A stretch of 64,000 nt of DNA from Selaginella moellendorffii (Eukaryota > Plantae > Lycopodiophyta): NCBI RefSeq assembly GCF_000143415.4, contig NW_003314283.1, positions 1,540,330 through 1,604,329 of the forward strand, written 5' to 3'. The position numbers were made by a program, and so were the translations under genes. Below the pieces are notes generated by a model. That model had not been told where the DNA came from. It saw only the letters and a program-made list of their open reading frames with translations, and made no database searches. Shown here piece after piece: positions 35,272-48,240 of this stretch. How positions within the stretch are numbered: position 1 is the stretch's first letter; each line of letters starts with the position of its first letter.

Positions 35272-38007
35272 CTAGTCATCGTCCAAAACAATGACGACCG
35301 GATCCATCTGTTTTGCTTCAGCGGCAGCGACCTTGCTTCCTCTCGTTCTCTTTGCAATGCTGGAGCTCCCTACAGCGCTTCTCTTGCCATTTTTCACACG
35401 ACGATCCTGTCATTGACAAAACGGTTCGTGAGAGCTTCTCATAAGAAAAGAAGACAGCTTCACCTTAGCTTTTTTCTCTGCTTCCTTGGCCATCGAAGCT
35501 TCTTCCTTTGGAGTGGTGTCAACTGCAATGTCCTTGTCCACAGTAACACTCGTGTCCTGCAATACCAGACTTCAGCATTTCCACAAAAATGATAAGCCGA
35601 ATCATACCAAGCGTCCAAAACCATCCCCGAGCTTGTTGTCTTTCTGCTCTTCATTAGCTTCTTTGGCTTCTTCGACTTCGTCATCAGCCTCTTTGGCTTC
35701 TTCGACTTCGTCACCAGCCTCTTTGGCTTCTTCGACTTCGTCATCAGCCTCTTTGGCTTCTTCGGCTTCGTTATCAGCCTCTTTGGCGTCTTCAGCTTCA
35801 TCATCGTCATCGTCACCATCTTCAGCGTCGGCATCGCGATTTTCCTCTTCCGTCTTCATAAGGTCGGCTATGGCAGCTTTCAGCTTTTGGATGACATCAT
35901 CCATATCGTTGTTGACCTGATGAAGCATACTTAAAAACTTCCACAAGCGTCGATATAAACAAAACTTACCGCGGGGGCTTCCATGAAGTCAGCGATGTCC
36001 TTGTTGCACTGAGGACACGGCTTCTGGTTCTTTCGAACTCTGAGGGATCGTCGGCCATTTGCCCTGTCTCGAACGTCCTTGTGACCAGCGAAATGACCAG
36101 CCAAACAGGCCTGACAAAAGTTGTGCCCACAAGGAGCGCAAAGCGGACGTTGCAATACGTTTTTGCAAAGCCCACATCCAAATTCTATAAAACATTGTCG
36201 TAAGTACTATGATTTAAACTAAAGGAGATGAACACGTACTGGTCTTAAGCTCCTTCTCCTTCGAAGAGACACTTCTCTTCCGGGCAGATGAAGGGTTAAC
36301 GTCCCTGAAACTTGGAGGCGGCTTAATCCAACCCCAGACGTTCTCATCCTCCTAAACCTGCCCTTGTCAAGAGCATACTGAAAGAAAATAAAGCATTCTC
36401 TACCTTCCAGTCCCAAGACGGCAGTTGCGTCTTCCTTTCTTTGACATCCGTTGCATCTTTAAGCTCTGTAATCTCTGGAAGTGGACGTGGCCGATCACCG
36501 TAGTCCTCACTGATCACCAAAAGTTTCAGAGCAAATTCACTATAGATTTACACACAAACACACCTTGTCCAGGGTGCCGGTTCGTTGTCACACCTGACGA
36601 ACAAGTATCGGCACACGCGAAACCCCTGATGCGCGACTTAGCGAAGATACAGTGAACAGAATTCTTACCTTAAGACCAATCTTTCGCCAGCATCTCTCAA
36701 TTCTGTACAGTCCATCGTACCTCAAGCCTTCTTGAGGTGCGTAAGCAGAACGAACGTCTTTGGCCGACCTGGACAAACATATTTGAGATGGTGCAGAAAA
36801 GAAAGAAAATCTCACCGCACAACACGCACTGGATAGCCTTTCAAGCAGCTCACGGACAGAGCTTTATTTGATTTCGAAAAAACCTGATCGAAAGACTGAT
36901 CATTAGTTCTTTTGTTCCCACTCAAATCTCGACCACCACTGCAACGAAAATGAAAATGTCGACAAAAATGCGAATGCAGATATTAAGATCAATCTCACCT
37001 TCCAGTGTAAAGAAACCACTCTCCATGGTCCTCGTCGTCCTCGTAGCCACCAGACATGACTACTGATTGGGCACCTTTGTCGCTCTGCCCGGCGATTCCA
37101 GCGATGTGAGGCCTGTGAGCGCCCCACTGTCTACATTCCAGCCTATCGGTCCAAGTTTCGCCAACCAAGACACCCTGGTTCCGCTCGGGATCATTCTCCG
37201 CTGGAATTGCCCCAAAGTGGTAGTGGCCTACTGTAACGAAGATCCTGCCACTCGACGCGTTCGCCAACCCGGCTTTCTTCGCTCTCTCGCTCTTGAAAGC
37301 CTTGTCGGGCCGGTTCTTGTTTTGAAGAACATGAACGGCCTTGGAAGCTGGCGCAGTAGCTCCAATCTTTGCCATTCGAATGGCCTGTACGAGTAGGGGG
37401 TTGATCTTGGGCTGCTGTATAAAGCCTTGATGGAAGTTCACGCGGCATTTGCCGCATTTCTTCTGTCCCTGAGCAAACCACTTCTGGAGACACTTTAAAC
37501 AGAAGTTGTGGCCGCATGGAGTCTACAGAAAAAAAAAAAAAAAAAAGGAGAAGCAAAACTTAGCCTTTGCAGCTTACGAAAAGAAAGAAGAAGAAAGAAA
37601 AAGCTTGCACATACCGTCACTGGGCGATCGAGCGAACCCTGGCAAAACGCGCAAATGAGCTCGTCCTCATCGTCCTCCTTGCCGGCAGGAACAGCCCCAT
37701 TGCTCAGTAACATCTGCCGCTGCGCTGCCTTCTGCGCATCTGAGAGAGAATTATCCGCATTTATCTCCCGGATCTTTCTCAGCAGCTCGTTCTCTCCACC
37801 GCTCGGCCCCGGCTTCTTGCTGCTGCTGGCCGGATCATCCGAGCAATCCGGGCACGCCCAGCCCGGAGTAACATCCGCCAAGGTCATCGGCGCCTTCAAG
37901 CATGGCAAGTGCCACACACACCCGCAGCTCCCGCAAGGCAGGGTTTCTTGCTCTGGCGGCTCCGTCTTGCAAACCAGACACCTCCCATTCTCGCAAGCGA
38001 GCTCCAT
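35272..38007 (-). CDS. VIM: ORTHRUS/VIM (UHRF1-like) E3 ubiquitin ligase: PHD-RING-SRA-RING
   Basis: PHD CLVC...CGSCGCVWHLPCL...WACPDC; RING CAFC...PCGHNFCLKC; SRA GAHRPHIAGIAGQSDKGAQSVVMSGGYEDDEDHGEWFLYTG and GLRYDGLYRIE; second RING PCGHNFCQAC...CPQC. Confidence 0.95.
35650..35795 (-). repeat. 30-bp coding minisatellite (~4.5 units) encoding EEAKEADDEV in the VIM C-terminus
   Basis: Repeated unit tcatcagcctctttggcttcttcgacttcg. Confidence 0.9.
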
Positions 38008-38399
38008 CGCCGCCACTCCCTCTTTCTTTCGCTGCCGAGCCGATCGAAGAAAAAAGGTCCTACCTCCAGCGATGCCGCACTAGAATCCCGCTGGAAATCG
38101 CGATCCCTAGCCGCGCGCCGCTAGAATCGCCGACCTTTCGAAATAGCGGCTAGCCCTACCTATAGAAATGATGATGAGGGTTTTATCGGTTATGTTTTTA
38201 AAGTTATTCCCGCCCCGCAACGCAATTGGTCCATTTCCATTTCCAGGAGCCCTAGATTCCTCCCTCTCCACAGCCAAGGGCTTCTCGGTGGGAGCGATCG
38301 CAGCGGCCCAGCGGCACGGCATTCCTTTCTCGCTCGAGCTCCATGCTAACCGCGCTCGCAATGCGCGAATTCTTGGCTAGGGTCTCGAAATGTAACTCT

Positions 38400-39510
38400 A
38401 TGCGTGGCATTGATCTCGCGTGCCATACCAGCGCTGTCATCTGCCTATGCGTGGGAAGTTATCGCTCCGCGAATGCGCCAAATCCGAGGTGAGAGACGAT
38501 GTGATGCTTCGTTTAACCTACATTGGCTTAAGCTTCCAGCGACTTTCTTTTTGGACAGATGTATGGGAGATGGATATCTGTGCCACCGAGATTTTCCAGT
38601 TTAACTTCGTTTCTGGTGGTGGTGGCTTCTTCCTTGGCACTGGTATTTATTTCTCTCAGGACTTTCCAGCTATGGCATTCATAGACTTGAAGCTAACATT
38701 TTTTAATCTTTTGAAGCAGTGGTTTCTTGCGGATCTGTAGCGTGGATTTTGTTCATGAACAGTCTACTCCAGGTACTTGGAAAAATCTGTTTAAAACATG
38801 GCCCAGGTTTGTCTTTGGCCGGCTCTTCTCATGTTTTTCTGGATACAGCCTTGCCTCCAGCGAGGCCGGAACCAAGCAAATCGCCAAAGATTTTTGCTGT
38901 GGAAGATGGACGAATCGTTCTCATCGGGCGGCTTGTCTCCAACGTGCCAGCTGCGCTTTACACTTAGCTTGTCCATCAGGTGATTAAAAATGCTTGTTTT
39001 TTAGAGTATAAGATCCTTTACTTTCTCCAAACAGTGCGGCGCAGAAGCGGTGATGGAGTATCTAGGCAAAGAAGTGGCAGAAAAGAGCGTGGAAAGCATT
39101 GCCTTCGTGACGCAATGCCCATGCTAGCTCGTTGCTGCACAAGATTCCTGGATTTGGCCAGGAGGATCCATGAAAGATCCGCTCGCGACACTCTCCCTCA
39201 TGTTTGGCAACGAGAGCTTGCCCAGTCGCATCGTCTCTTTTGACTCTCACGCTCGCACAAGGTGGCAAGTTCTCCTTTCTCTTCTTCTACATACACTGTT
39301 GCTCGATTTGTATTGATGATCTTCCCTCCCTTTCTTTTTCTTTTTTTACTCCACAGGTGAATTCCATGCTCCTTTTCCTGCTGATGGATCTTTGCATGTT
39401 TGTCACAAGTGCCTCAACGATTCGCCGACCTGGACAAGCCTATCAACGAGTCCTTGTATACATCTTTGAACTGGCGCACTTTTGTTTCACTTGAGCAAGT
39501 GGACCGGCAA
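38400..39510 (+). pseudogene. PIGB: PIG-B/GPI10 pseudogene, copy 3 (central and 3' part)
   Basis: ggacagatgtatgggagatgg and FQFNFVSGGG...WHWY/FSQDFPAM; NVPAALYTSLSHQ; VMEYLGKE...SVESIAFVTQC. Nucleotide similarity to copy 1 (e.g. ccaacgtgccagctgcgctttacact). Confidence 0.75.
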
Positions 39511-39662
39511 TCAATCGGGCCGCCGACTTTTTCATTCTTTATAAACGACGAACAAGAAAGCCAGTGGCCAGGCCATCCACGTAAAGGAACGAGTATATGG
39601 ACACAACGAACGAACGCGGAAGAAAGGAAGAGAGAACGGACAGCCAAATCGATCCATCTCTC

Positions 39663-41559
39663 TTACGGTATGGGGGCGCTGATGGTACGTCTCAGCTTGG
39701 AGCTGCGTAGCTCCGCCGGAGGCTTTGGAAGAATGTAAGGCGCTATCAATGAACTTAGGAGCGCTACCACGGCGGACAGAGTGAATGCCGGCATGTCACC
39801 ACCTCCAAACAGCGTATCCCAGGGACCAATGAAAATCGAAGTGAGGAACTGCGAGAACACACAGACAAGAGAAATTAGCACGAGGTTTGTGGCACTGTTT
39901 GATTTTCTTTTGCTTTCGGCATACGGACTGACCTGTGGGATCACAATAGCTAGATTGAGTACTCCAACGTACAAGCCTGCGTGCATCGAATGGAAAATTT
40001 ACGTCTCGCAAGGAATGCATTCGATCAAACAAAGACGTGACAAGTTGGATGATCACGTACCTTGACCCCCACCGGAGGAACCGGCCACCGCTGCCGTGAG
40101 CGCAAAGGGAATGCTGTAAGTCACCTGGCGGCCAAGGAAAGAGGTGAGCGACTTCCCGAAAGGACAAGCAAGAGCCTTCACTCACCGCGAGAGGAGCTCC
40201 CAGCACAGTGAAGAAGAGCAGCGAAGCAATCTGGACTCCCAGCGATGGCCGGCCAACAGGGGCGTTCTTCATGACGATCGAGACAGCAACCGCGGTGGAG
40301 AAGCAGGCAGCCATGATGAAGTTGGCGATGGACCAGACGTTCTTGGCTTTGAACTTCCGGCACAGGGGTTCCATCACCACCGAGGCCAGGCCCAGAACAA
40401 TGGAGTTGAGCATGAGGCCGAAGGATCCAAGTCGGACTCCCCTGTCATACTGCTTCGCCGTCTTGGAGCTCGGCTCGCCTTTGAAGACCTCTCTCCCCAT
40501 CCAGTCGGTGTTGAAGAGCCAGAAGGGATACCACGAGATCCAAGTCATGGCAGTGACGAGCAGGATACACCACATTTCTCTCGGCAAGTGGCGGACAGTT
40601 CCAATCAGCTCCCAGAAGAAGGCCTCGTTCTTCTCGAGTGGAGGCTCCCCCTCCTCCTCTGCGCCCTGCTCACCCTGTTCTCCGTTGACGGAGCCAGCGT
40701 GAGCCGGATCTTGCAAGAGTGGTGCTCGAGAATTGGAGGATAGTGGCGACCAGGGGACCTCGTCGGCTGCGGTGATGCTCAGAACTGTGGTGATCACCAA
40801 GAGCAGCACGTCAATGATGAAAGCCGACTTGAGATTCGCGCAGGACTTGTCGCAAGCCTCGGATCTCGTGAAGGGGAATACCTTTGGCCAGTTGGAGTAA
40901 GAACCGGCAGCGTATCCCAGCACATTGCCGATGGAGAGAAAGAGCGAGAAGAAAGCGTTCGCTCGTCTCGTCCTGCGGTAGTCCTTCCCTGCGAGTGTGG
41001 AAGAGTTATGCTCTGTTCTAGGATGTGGACGAGCGTATAAAAAGCCTTGGATCTACGCATCCTTTTTCTTACCTGATAGATCGGCCAGGAGAGCCCGGCA
41101 CGGCCCCTGGAGCGTGTTGTTGGCCAGATCGAGGAGCCAGAAGCCAATCACAAAGAACACAATCGCGCGAGGGCGATGGTGCTTGTTATCGCCCAGCAAG
41201 AAACCCAGATCGGCCGCGAAGGAAATGACGAAGATGGCCAGCACCACGAAGATCGCGCCGCCGAGGATGAATGGCCGACGCCTCCCCCATTTCAGCTGGC
41301 ATCGATCGCTGTAGTAGCCGGCGATGGGCTGGACGAACATCCCCGAGATTGGGCCGCACAGCCAGATGTAGCCGGCGTACTCGTGAGGAATCCCCAGCTC
41401 CTGGACGTAGGGCGTCAGCAGCGATGTCTGGAGAGCCCAGCCGAACTGGACGCCCAGCGCTACCGATGCTACGCGAGCTAATCCCCGCAGGGGAACCCTC
41501 TTGGGCGTGGGCGTGGGCGGCCCATCCGGCACGGCGATCGCCGCCGCCTCGCTCCCCAT
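39663..41559 (-). CDS. SUT: Sucrose transporter (SUT/SUC, GPH family)
   Basis: [20 protein letters not shown]; IWLCGPISG; GRRRPFI; [22 protein letters not shown]; TDWMGREV; [11 protein letters not shown]. Confidence 0.96.
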
Positions 41560-41676
41560 TCCGATCGATCCTCCACACCCTCGCTAGATCTTTCCCCTCT
41601 CCTCGCCTTTCTAGTCCCTCTCCTCTTGCGTCTCTCACTCAGCTGCTACCCATGATGGAATGTAAGAGCCCTAGTG

Positions 41677-41751
41677 GAATATTCGACTTGAAATTTCGAA
41701 AAGCTTGGGGGCGCCACTGCCACGTCGGACACACAATAGCCACACGTCGGA
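41677..41751. promoter_or_regulatory. P1BS (GAATATTC) and ABRE/G-box-like ACGT elements upstream of SUT
   Basis: GAATATTC at 41677-41684; GCCACGTCGGA at 41719 and CACGTCGGA at 41743. The same 11-mer GCCACGTCGGA occurs upstream of LACS at 45044. Confidence 0.35.
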
Positions 41752-41854
41752 TGCCCACGGTTAGAATTGAGCGTGACAAGCTGAACTGTCGCCAACGTGG
41801 AGCCCTTTTTTTTTTGAGATATTTTTCTTGGATTTTAGCCCAACCATTTGCACG

Positions 41855-44800
41855 CTATTTCTTGAGACCTCTGTAGAGCTCGTCGATGGTTTCCTGTCAT
41901 ACAAGAAAAATCTCTCGTCACGATTTGATCGATCCATACATCTTGCAGAGCGAACAAAACTGACCCTGTAGAAGTTGAGAAGCTGCGGCCGCTTCTTCTT
42001 GAAGGTTGGCGTGATCAAATCCCTCTCAGTGTCGAATGGGAGCTTCTCGAGGTGAACTGCCTTGATGAACTCAAACCCTTTCAACTGCAAGAAAGAGAAT
42101 ACAAGATAAGATTGATTAACGCAGGGAAACAACTCTCAGAAAATGCAAAGATGACGCTACCTTGTTGTTCTTGGCAGTGCGGCTTAGCTCATCCATGATG
42201 AACGCTTTTGCCTTGGGAGAACTGTAGAGGTCGTCTCCCTTGACGTCGTTTTCCTTGGCCCAAGCATCGAGCGCTGCCTCGTTCGGGATAACAACGGCGA
42301 CCAAGAAAGATTCGAAGCTGTTCCCATATATCCATATCTGGATCGAAAGGGCAGCAGTTAATATTGGCAATCTCGATGCTCGCATGGCAACTAACCGAAT
42401 CGAAGGTCGGGCATTGGCCGTAGATGTTTTCCAAGTTCTCTACAGCGACGTATTCGCCTTGCGAGAGTTTGAAAATGTTCTTCTTCCTGTCTATGATTTT
42501 CAAGGCTCCGTTTGGTAGCCACTCTCCGATATCTCCTGTAAAAACCTCGTTCAGTACGAACCACGTAGCAAGTTTCTTTTGAGTCCCTACCCGTGTGGAA
42601 CCAGCCGTCAATCATGCATTCCGCAGTTAGATCTTCCCGTTTGTAGTATCCAGAGAACAGTGTCTTTCCCCGGATGCAAACCTCTCCTTTAGGCGTCTCG
42701 GCAAGTGCATCGTAGTTCATCTCTGGAACAGACTGCAGACAAACCTCAATCACAGGAATGGGAGGGCCGACTGTTCCGTGCATCGAGTAGACATCAGGAA
42801 TGGAGATGAAGCTGGCCGCGCAAGTCTCGGTTAACCCTGAAAGCTACACATTAGCGATAGCACGTCACAGGTGCTTTCCTTACCGTAGCCTTGTGTCATG
42901 CGAGCACAAGAGGCCACCCTCAGAAATTCCTCTACATGATCTGCCAGGGGTGCGGCACCGGAAATCAATAGTCGAGCACGACCTCCCAGCCTTTGTTTCA
43001 CCTGCCACAGATGGCGTGATTAACAAAGAACAACAAAGTGCAACAGTAAAGTACCTTGCTGAAAACAAGAACATCTGCCATTGGAGATGCCTTTTCTTGT
43101 TTGAATCCCATTTTCATATATCCCAGCTTCCTGTATGCATTCTCAATCTTCCAGAAACTAGGAAAGGTAACTACTCACCGCCTATAAGCAAAGTCAAATA
43201 TTGCCTGTCGGTATGCGGGTGCTTCTGCAAGCTTTGCTTTTGCTCCTGACAGAAAGAAAACGTAAGAACTCTCTCGTAAATAACACTAGCAATATACAAA
43301 CCAGCGTAAACACGATCAAAAACTCGAGGAACTCCAGCAAATAACGTGGGTTTTAGCTCTTGAATGTCGTCTGATATGTACTTCACATCCTGAAAGTCAC
43401 ACAAATGCTTGAGCTCAAGTTCTTTATCACAGGATCCTTACCCCCTGAAAAAATCCAATTGCAGCACCATTGTAGATAAAGAATTCCTCAACAGCGCGAT
43501 CAAAAATGTGGGCAAGGGGAAGATAAGACAAATACACATCTGACGCATCAACCTACACAAGGAGACAATTGCTGTAGAAGGAAACAAAAACCTTTACGTA
43601 AAACTTCCACATATACCTTCTCGTTTTTCACTTTGAGGTAGTAATCGATGCCTGCTATCGCTGTCACAATACTTTCGTTCGATAGCAAAACGCCCTTGGG
43701 TTCTCCGGTCGTGCCGCTTGTGTACATGATGGTGCATATATCTTCCGGTTTTGGAGGCTCGAAGTTCACGGGGTTCGTTTTTCCCTGCGTTTACGCTGTT
43801 AGTCAATGAAACGACACTTCAAACGTAAATTCTCACCAAATTCAAAAACTCATCCCAAGAATACGCCGCTGCCCCAGCACTCTTGACTTGTTCTTTATCG
43901 CTATCAGCCATCACGCCAAAGCTGACAAGAGCTGCCGAAAAAATCTAAGGCGATAAGACAATAGATGCTGCCAATTAAAATACTCACTCTTGACATACTT
44001 CGAGCACTTCGGTAAAGCGCGCAGAACCTGCCATATTCACAAACAAATGCGGTTAAGAGAATTCTTCAACTTGAAGACACCGTGTGTGACTTACAGCTGG
44101 TATTTTATCAGCGTGTGCAAACACGATGCTAACTTCAGCGTGTCCAACAATGAACTCCACAGCATCATCTCCTGAAAGACGGCCGAGTTATAATTCAAAG
44201 CGAAAGGCTTCGCGGAACCGAAAAATCAAGAACCAAGCCCTAGCTCATACGTACCGAGAGTGTCATATAGAGGAACAGCATAGATACTGTGGCCATTACA
44301 TGCCTGCAAAGAAGAGGAAAGAAAATAAATGAATCCCGGATCCATAAGACCATACTTGGAGCATACCTGGAGTGTGATCATCCATGCAGGACAGTTTATT
44401 CCATAGATACCACAGCGACCTTTCTGGAACACCAAATTTAAGTTAAGCGTCGAGAATAGAAGAAACGCGTGAGATCGATCACTCTCGTACCGGCCCGACG
44501 CCCAGAGTCCGCATTGCAGATCCAATGTAGAGAACCTGATTGTAAACTTCCTGATACGTTTGCCACACGTACTTCCCTACCTAGAAAGAACAATTTAGAA
44601 AGAGGCTTTCTTAACGGAGCGAATGGCACTGTAGACACAGACCTTCCCGGCGACAATCGGGCGATGGCCGAGCATTCTAGCGTTGGGCGAGGTCTTGACC
44701 GTGTTGCTGGACCAAGAACCGCGAGAGCGTGAGAATCGATCGAAATGCCGCCGTAATATCATACCTGAAGAGCTCCCAGCACGTCCTGGCGCCCTCGGGA

Positions 44801-44916
44801 GCTTCGACGAGCCCGTCCTTGGCGTAGACGCTCCGGTACACAGGCCCCATGGACGCCGATCCATCGCGCTTGGCCTCCTCGACCTTGACGATGTAGCAAT
44901 CGAGCACCTCCTCCAT
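41855..44916 (-). CDS. LACS: Long-chain acyl-CoA synthetase (LACS4/5-like), multi-exon
   Basis: [17 protein letters not shown]-binding motif; [10 protein letters not shown]; GYGLTET; DGWFHTGDIGEW; [21 protein letters not shown]; [12 protein letters not shown]. Confidence 0.95.
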
Positions 44917-45286
44917 CGCAGCGCGGCGCAGCTCAGCGCGATCTAAAAGCCCTAGCCTTGGCGCTCCCCGTCACGCTTACTCTTCTCCCTCCTCTCTCTC
45001 TCTATCCTAGGTAGCTGGTATATAGTCCCTGCCACGCCAGCACGCCACGTCGGACGGGAATTGACTCACGGTCACAGACAGCTCAGTGGTCATTCAATGC
45101 AAAGTAGCAAAGTAGCAAATGCCTCTTTATTTTTAGGTGAGATCCCTGGCGAGCTATCAATGAATCCATGATCCCAGGACGATGTCCCTGTTTTGCTCTT
45201 GGTTTCATTCCTCAAGAACAAGCCAAATTCGTGGAGATCGCTCTCGCGGTTGCTCGAAGATCGTCAACGCAGCTCGCTCGCCTTTG

Positions 45287-48059
45287 TCAAAAGAACGCGG
45301 CTTCATCTTCTTCGCAGCGTTGTTGTCCCAGCAAATGGGACCGCGCAAAGTCGTCGCCACCACCATCGCCGGCACGACTTCCAGCCAAAACTCTGTAATC
45401 GTTTCCTTCGTCATCATCATCTTCTTCCTCCTCTTCTTGCTCTTGCCTGTCGAAAACCAGCCTCAGCATCAGCTCCACCTTTGTCTTCATCCAGCCTTTG
45501 CTGACGACTCTTGTCTTGTTGTAGGAATGCTTCTTCTTTCTTGCGTGATCGTCACTTCGTGCCGGGGCGAAGTCTTCAATTCCTCCTACCAATCCTGTCC
45601 TGGCTCTGAAACCACGTCTCAATTCCAACAGATGGTGTTTTAGCCGAAAATCGTCATCGTAGTAGAGAGACTCCTGCAAACCGAAACCTGGACCTGGACC
45701 TGGAGCCCAGAGGTATTTACCTTGTTCTACGTCCGCTCTTATAGAGTCACCACCGTCACAAGCACCACCACCATCGCCACCACCGTCGCCATCACCACCA
45801 CCATCACCTTGACTTTCGATAGTAGCAATAGCGACAGGGGTACCAGCAGTACCAGCAGTAGTAGCAGGAGTGTTCAGCAACAGCTGAGTTCCTTCCAAAT
45901 CTTTGAGTAATCTGGTTGTCGTCTCTTTCAGCTGAGAAATCTTCCCGGTTAGACTGCTCGGCCGAGGTGATGCGGTGACGCTGGTTTCCAGCCTCTTGTC
46001 CTCCCTCCCTTGCTGCGGCGTGGCAACGCTTAATAAATCGCTGCTCTCGTTGTCACTGAGGATCTGGTTGGTTCCTCCCGAGTCAGCATTGCAATTGGAG
46101 TTCGGACCAGCTTCTTCAACTTGCAGCTCGTCCCGCTCACGATCCGCTGTTGATGACAGCTCCAGGCCCTGCTGCTGCTGCTCCGACTTACATTTGTGCT
46201 CAGGGACCACACTCTGGAGTGGCGTCAGGACGATGCGTCCTTTCTGCTTGGTTTGAAGTTTCCATACGTGCCGCTCGGAAGAACTCCCTTGGAAATCACT
46301 TGTTCCCAGCGTTCTAAACTGCAAAGCTTCCAACTCAACGAATTCCCCTTCGTCTTCCCGTCCTCCCACTTCATCGTCGGCTGGTTGGTCTTCTGCTTGC
46401 GCAAAACCAGCTCCCGCCGGGGACAATGCCAGGCTCGTCTTTGACGCAGCCTGCTTAGCTTTCGGGCTCCGCTGGGGCTTGCTCAACTGCACGCCTTGAG
46501 CAGAAACTTTGGATGATTTCAGCTGGCTGACCAGGTCCTTGAGCCTCTTCTGCGCCTCTAGTCTCTGCTTCTGTTCGTGCTTGACGTCATGTGCTCTTGC
46601 ATCAGCAAGCTTGCTGAGCCTCACCACTTGCCTCTCCAGACTCTCCACTTCGACCACACTTCTCTTCTCGGCCTCCTGCCGCCGACACCGCTCTTGCTTG
46701 ATTTCATCGGCCTTCCGGAGGTTTATTTTCCGCAGCTGCAAAACCTGCTTCTCCAGATTTTTCACGAGCACGTAATACCGATTCTCAACCTCGTTCCGCC
46801 GCCTCTTCTCTAGCTTTACAAGCTGCGTCTTCTCTGTGCACAGCTTCTTCAGGTGAAACACCTGCCTTCCCAGGTTCTCAATCTTGAAGTGAGCTTTGTT
46901 GTCTAGTTCAAAGCTCTTCTGAGAACCGTGCCTTTTGGTGGTCGATCTTGAAACACTCCTCGAGACTTTGGCCGACTTGAAACGGGGCTTTGGATAGTCA
47001 CTCCACGTTTCACAAGAAACGTCCCTGTCCTCTACTTGTGGCACCCTACCACCCTGGTGTTGCAGCTCCAACTTGTTCCTCAAGTCAGCCAAATGCCGTT
47101 CCCTGACGTCGGAAGCCTCGGAGTTCAGGCTGAAAATCTCTTCTGTGAGCTTCGCAGTGTCGTAAACTCGCCTAGACTCTCCCGAGTGTGCTTCAGGAGC
47201 GCTTTCAAAGGCAGCACTGCTGCTGCTCTTGTTTGCTCTTCCCCTCTTCTTCTTCACGTCGGAAAAGCTGAGCCTCCGCAACACTTTCGCCAAGCTCCAG
47301 CTTCCGAGCTTCCCTTCCGACTTGTAGTTGGACCACTCCGAGTTGAGCTCCTTAAACATGTTGGCAGCCTTGCAGGAACTCTTCTTTGCGTCTCCTTCAA
47401 ACTCTACATTATCCCAGGAGACTCTGAATCCTTCCACCGCTGCCGTGGGAGTGGGACTCGCTTGAGCGGAGCTCCATCCATCCGACGCACAGCTCTGTGG
47501 AGGGGGTGAGGAACAAAATCCCTGCGCAGCTCCCGCAGCTAGAGCCTTGAGTGTGGCCTCGATATGAAGCCTTTCCTGCTGCTCAAACTCCAGCTTGGCT
47601 TCCAAGCTCGTCCAGTGCTTGTGCTGCTCATCCAAATCCTGGAAGAGCATACTGATTTGCTCAGCGAGCTCCTCGACTTTGCCCGCTTGCTGCGCACACG
47701 CCAAGCGTAGCGATAGCGCCTGGTTCTCCGCCACTAGTCGGCTCTCCTCTTCCAGCTGCAAATTCTCTTGCAGCCAGTTGATTCGCGCGATCAGCTGCCG
47801 GGCTTGGGACTCAAACTGCTCGCGAAGAACCCCCGCTTCGTCTAAATCTCCTTGCTTCCCTTGATCTTCCTCCGGCGATGGGATCGCGCTGGTCGCAGCC
47901 GCCGCGCACAAGAACCGGCTCACAGCTCCCGATTCACTCGATTCCTTGGCCTCGCTGTCGCAAGGGAGAATCTCGGCAAGACCTGCGCGCGAGATTTCAC
48001 AATGCTGCTGCTATTCGATGCGCAATCGATCGGCGCTTACCTCTCTGTCCAGCACCCAT
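45287..48059 (-). CDS. Uncharacterised ~900-aa coiled-coil protein (short first exon + long second exon)
   Basis: ATGGGTGCTGGACAGAGAG|gtaagc...gcgcag|GT joins in frame to the 878-aa ORF 45287..47923. Two Glu/Lys/Gln/Leu-rich heptad regions; acidic and Gly-Asp C-terminus. No domain recognised. Confidence 0.7.
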
Positions 48060-48240
48060 AGAATCGATCCTCTCGCAGTGTGCGCGCTCGCGTGGATCAT
48101 CCGTCCCCTTGTTCCTTCCCCTACCAACTGCCGGGAGCCCTAGACAAAAAAAAACTGGAAATATTTCACATCCCAACGTTTCATTGTCCACGTCACTGCC
48201 AACGTGGCATAAAGTAATAGACTATCTTGCGCGAAGAACC

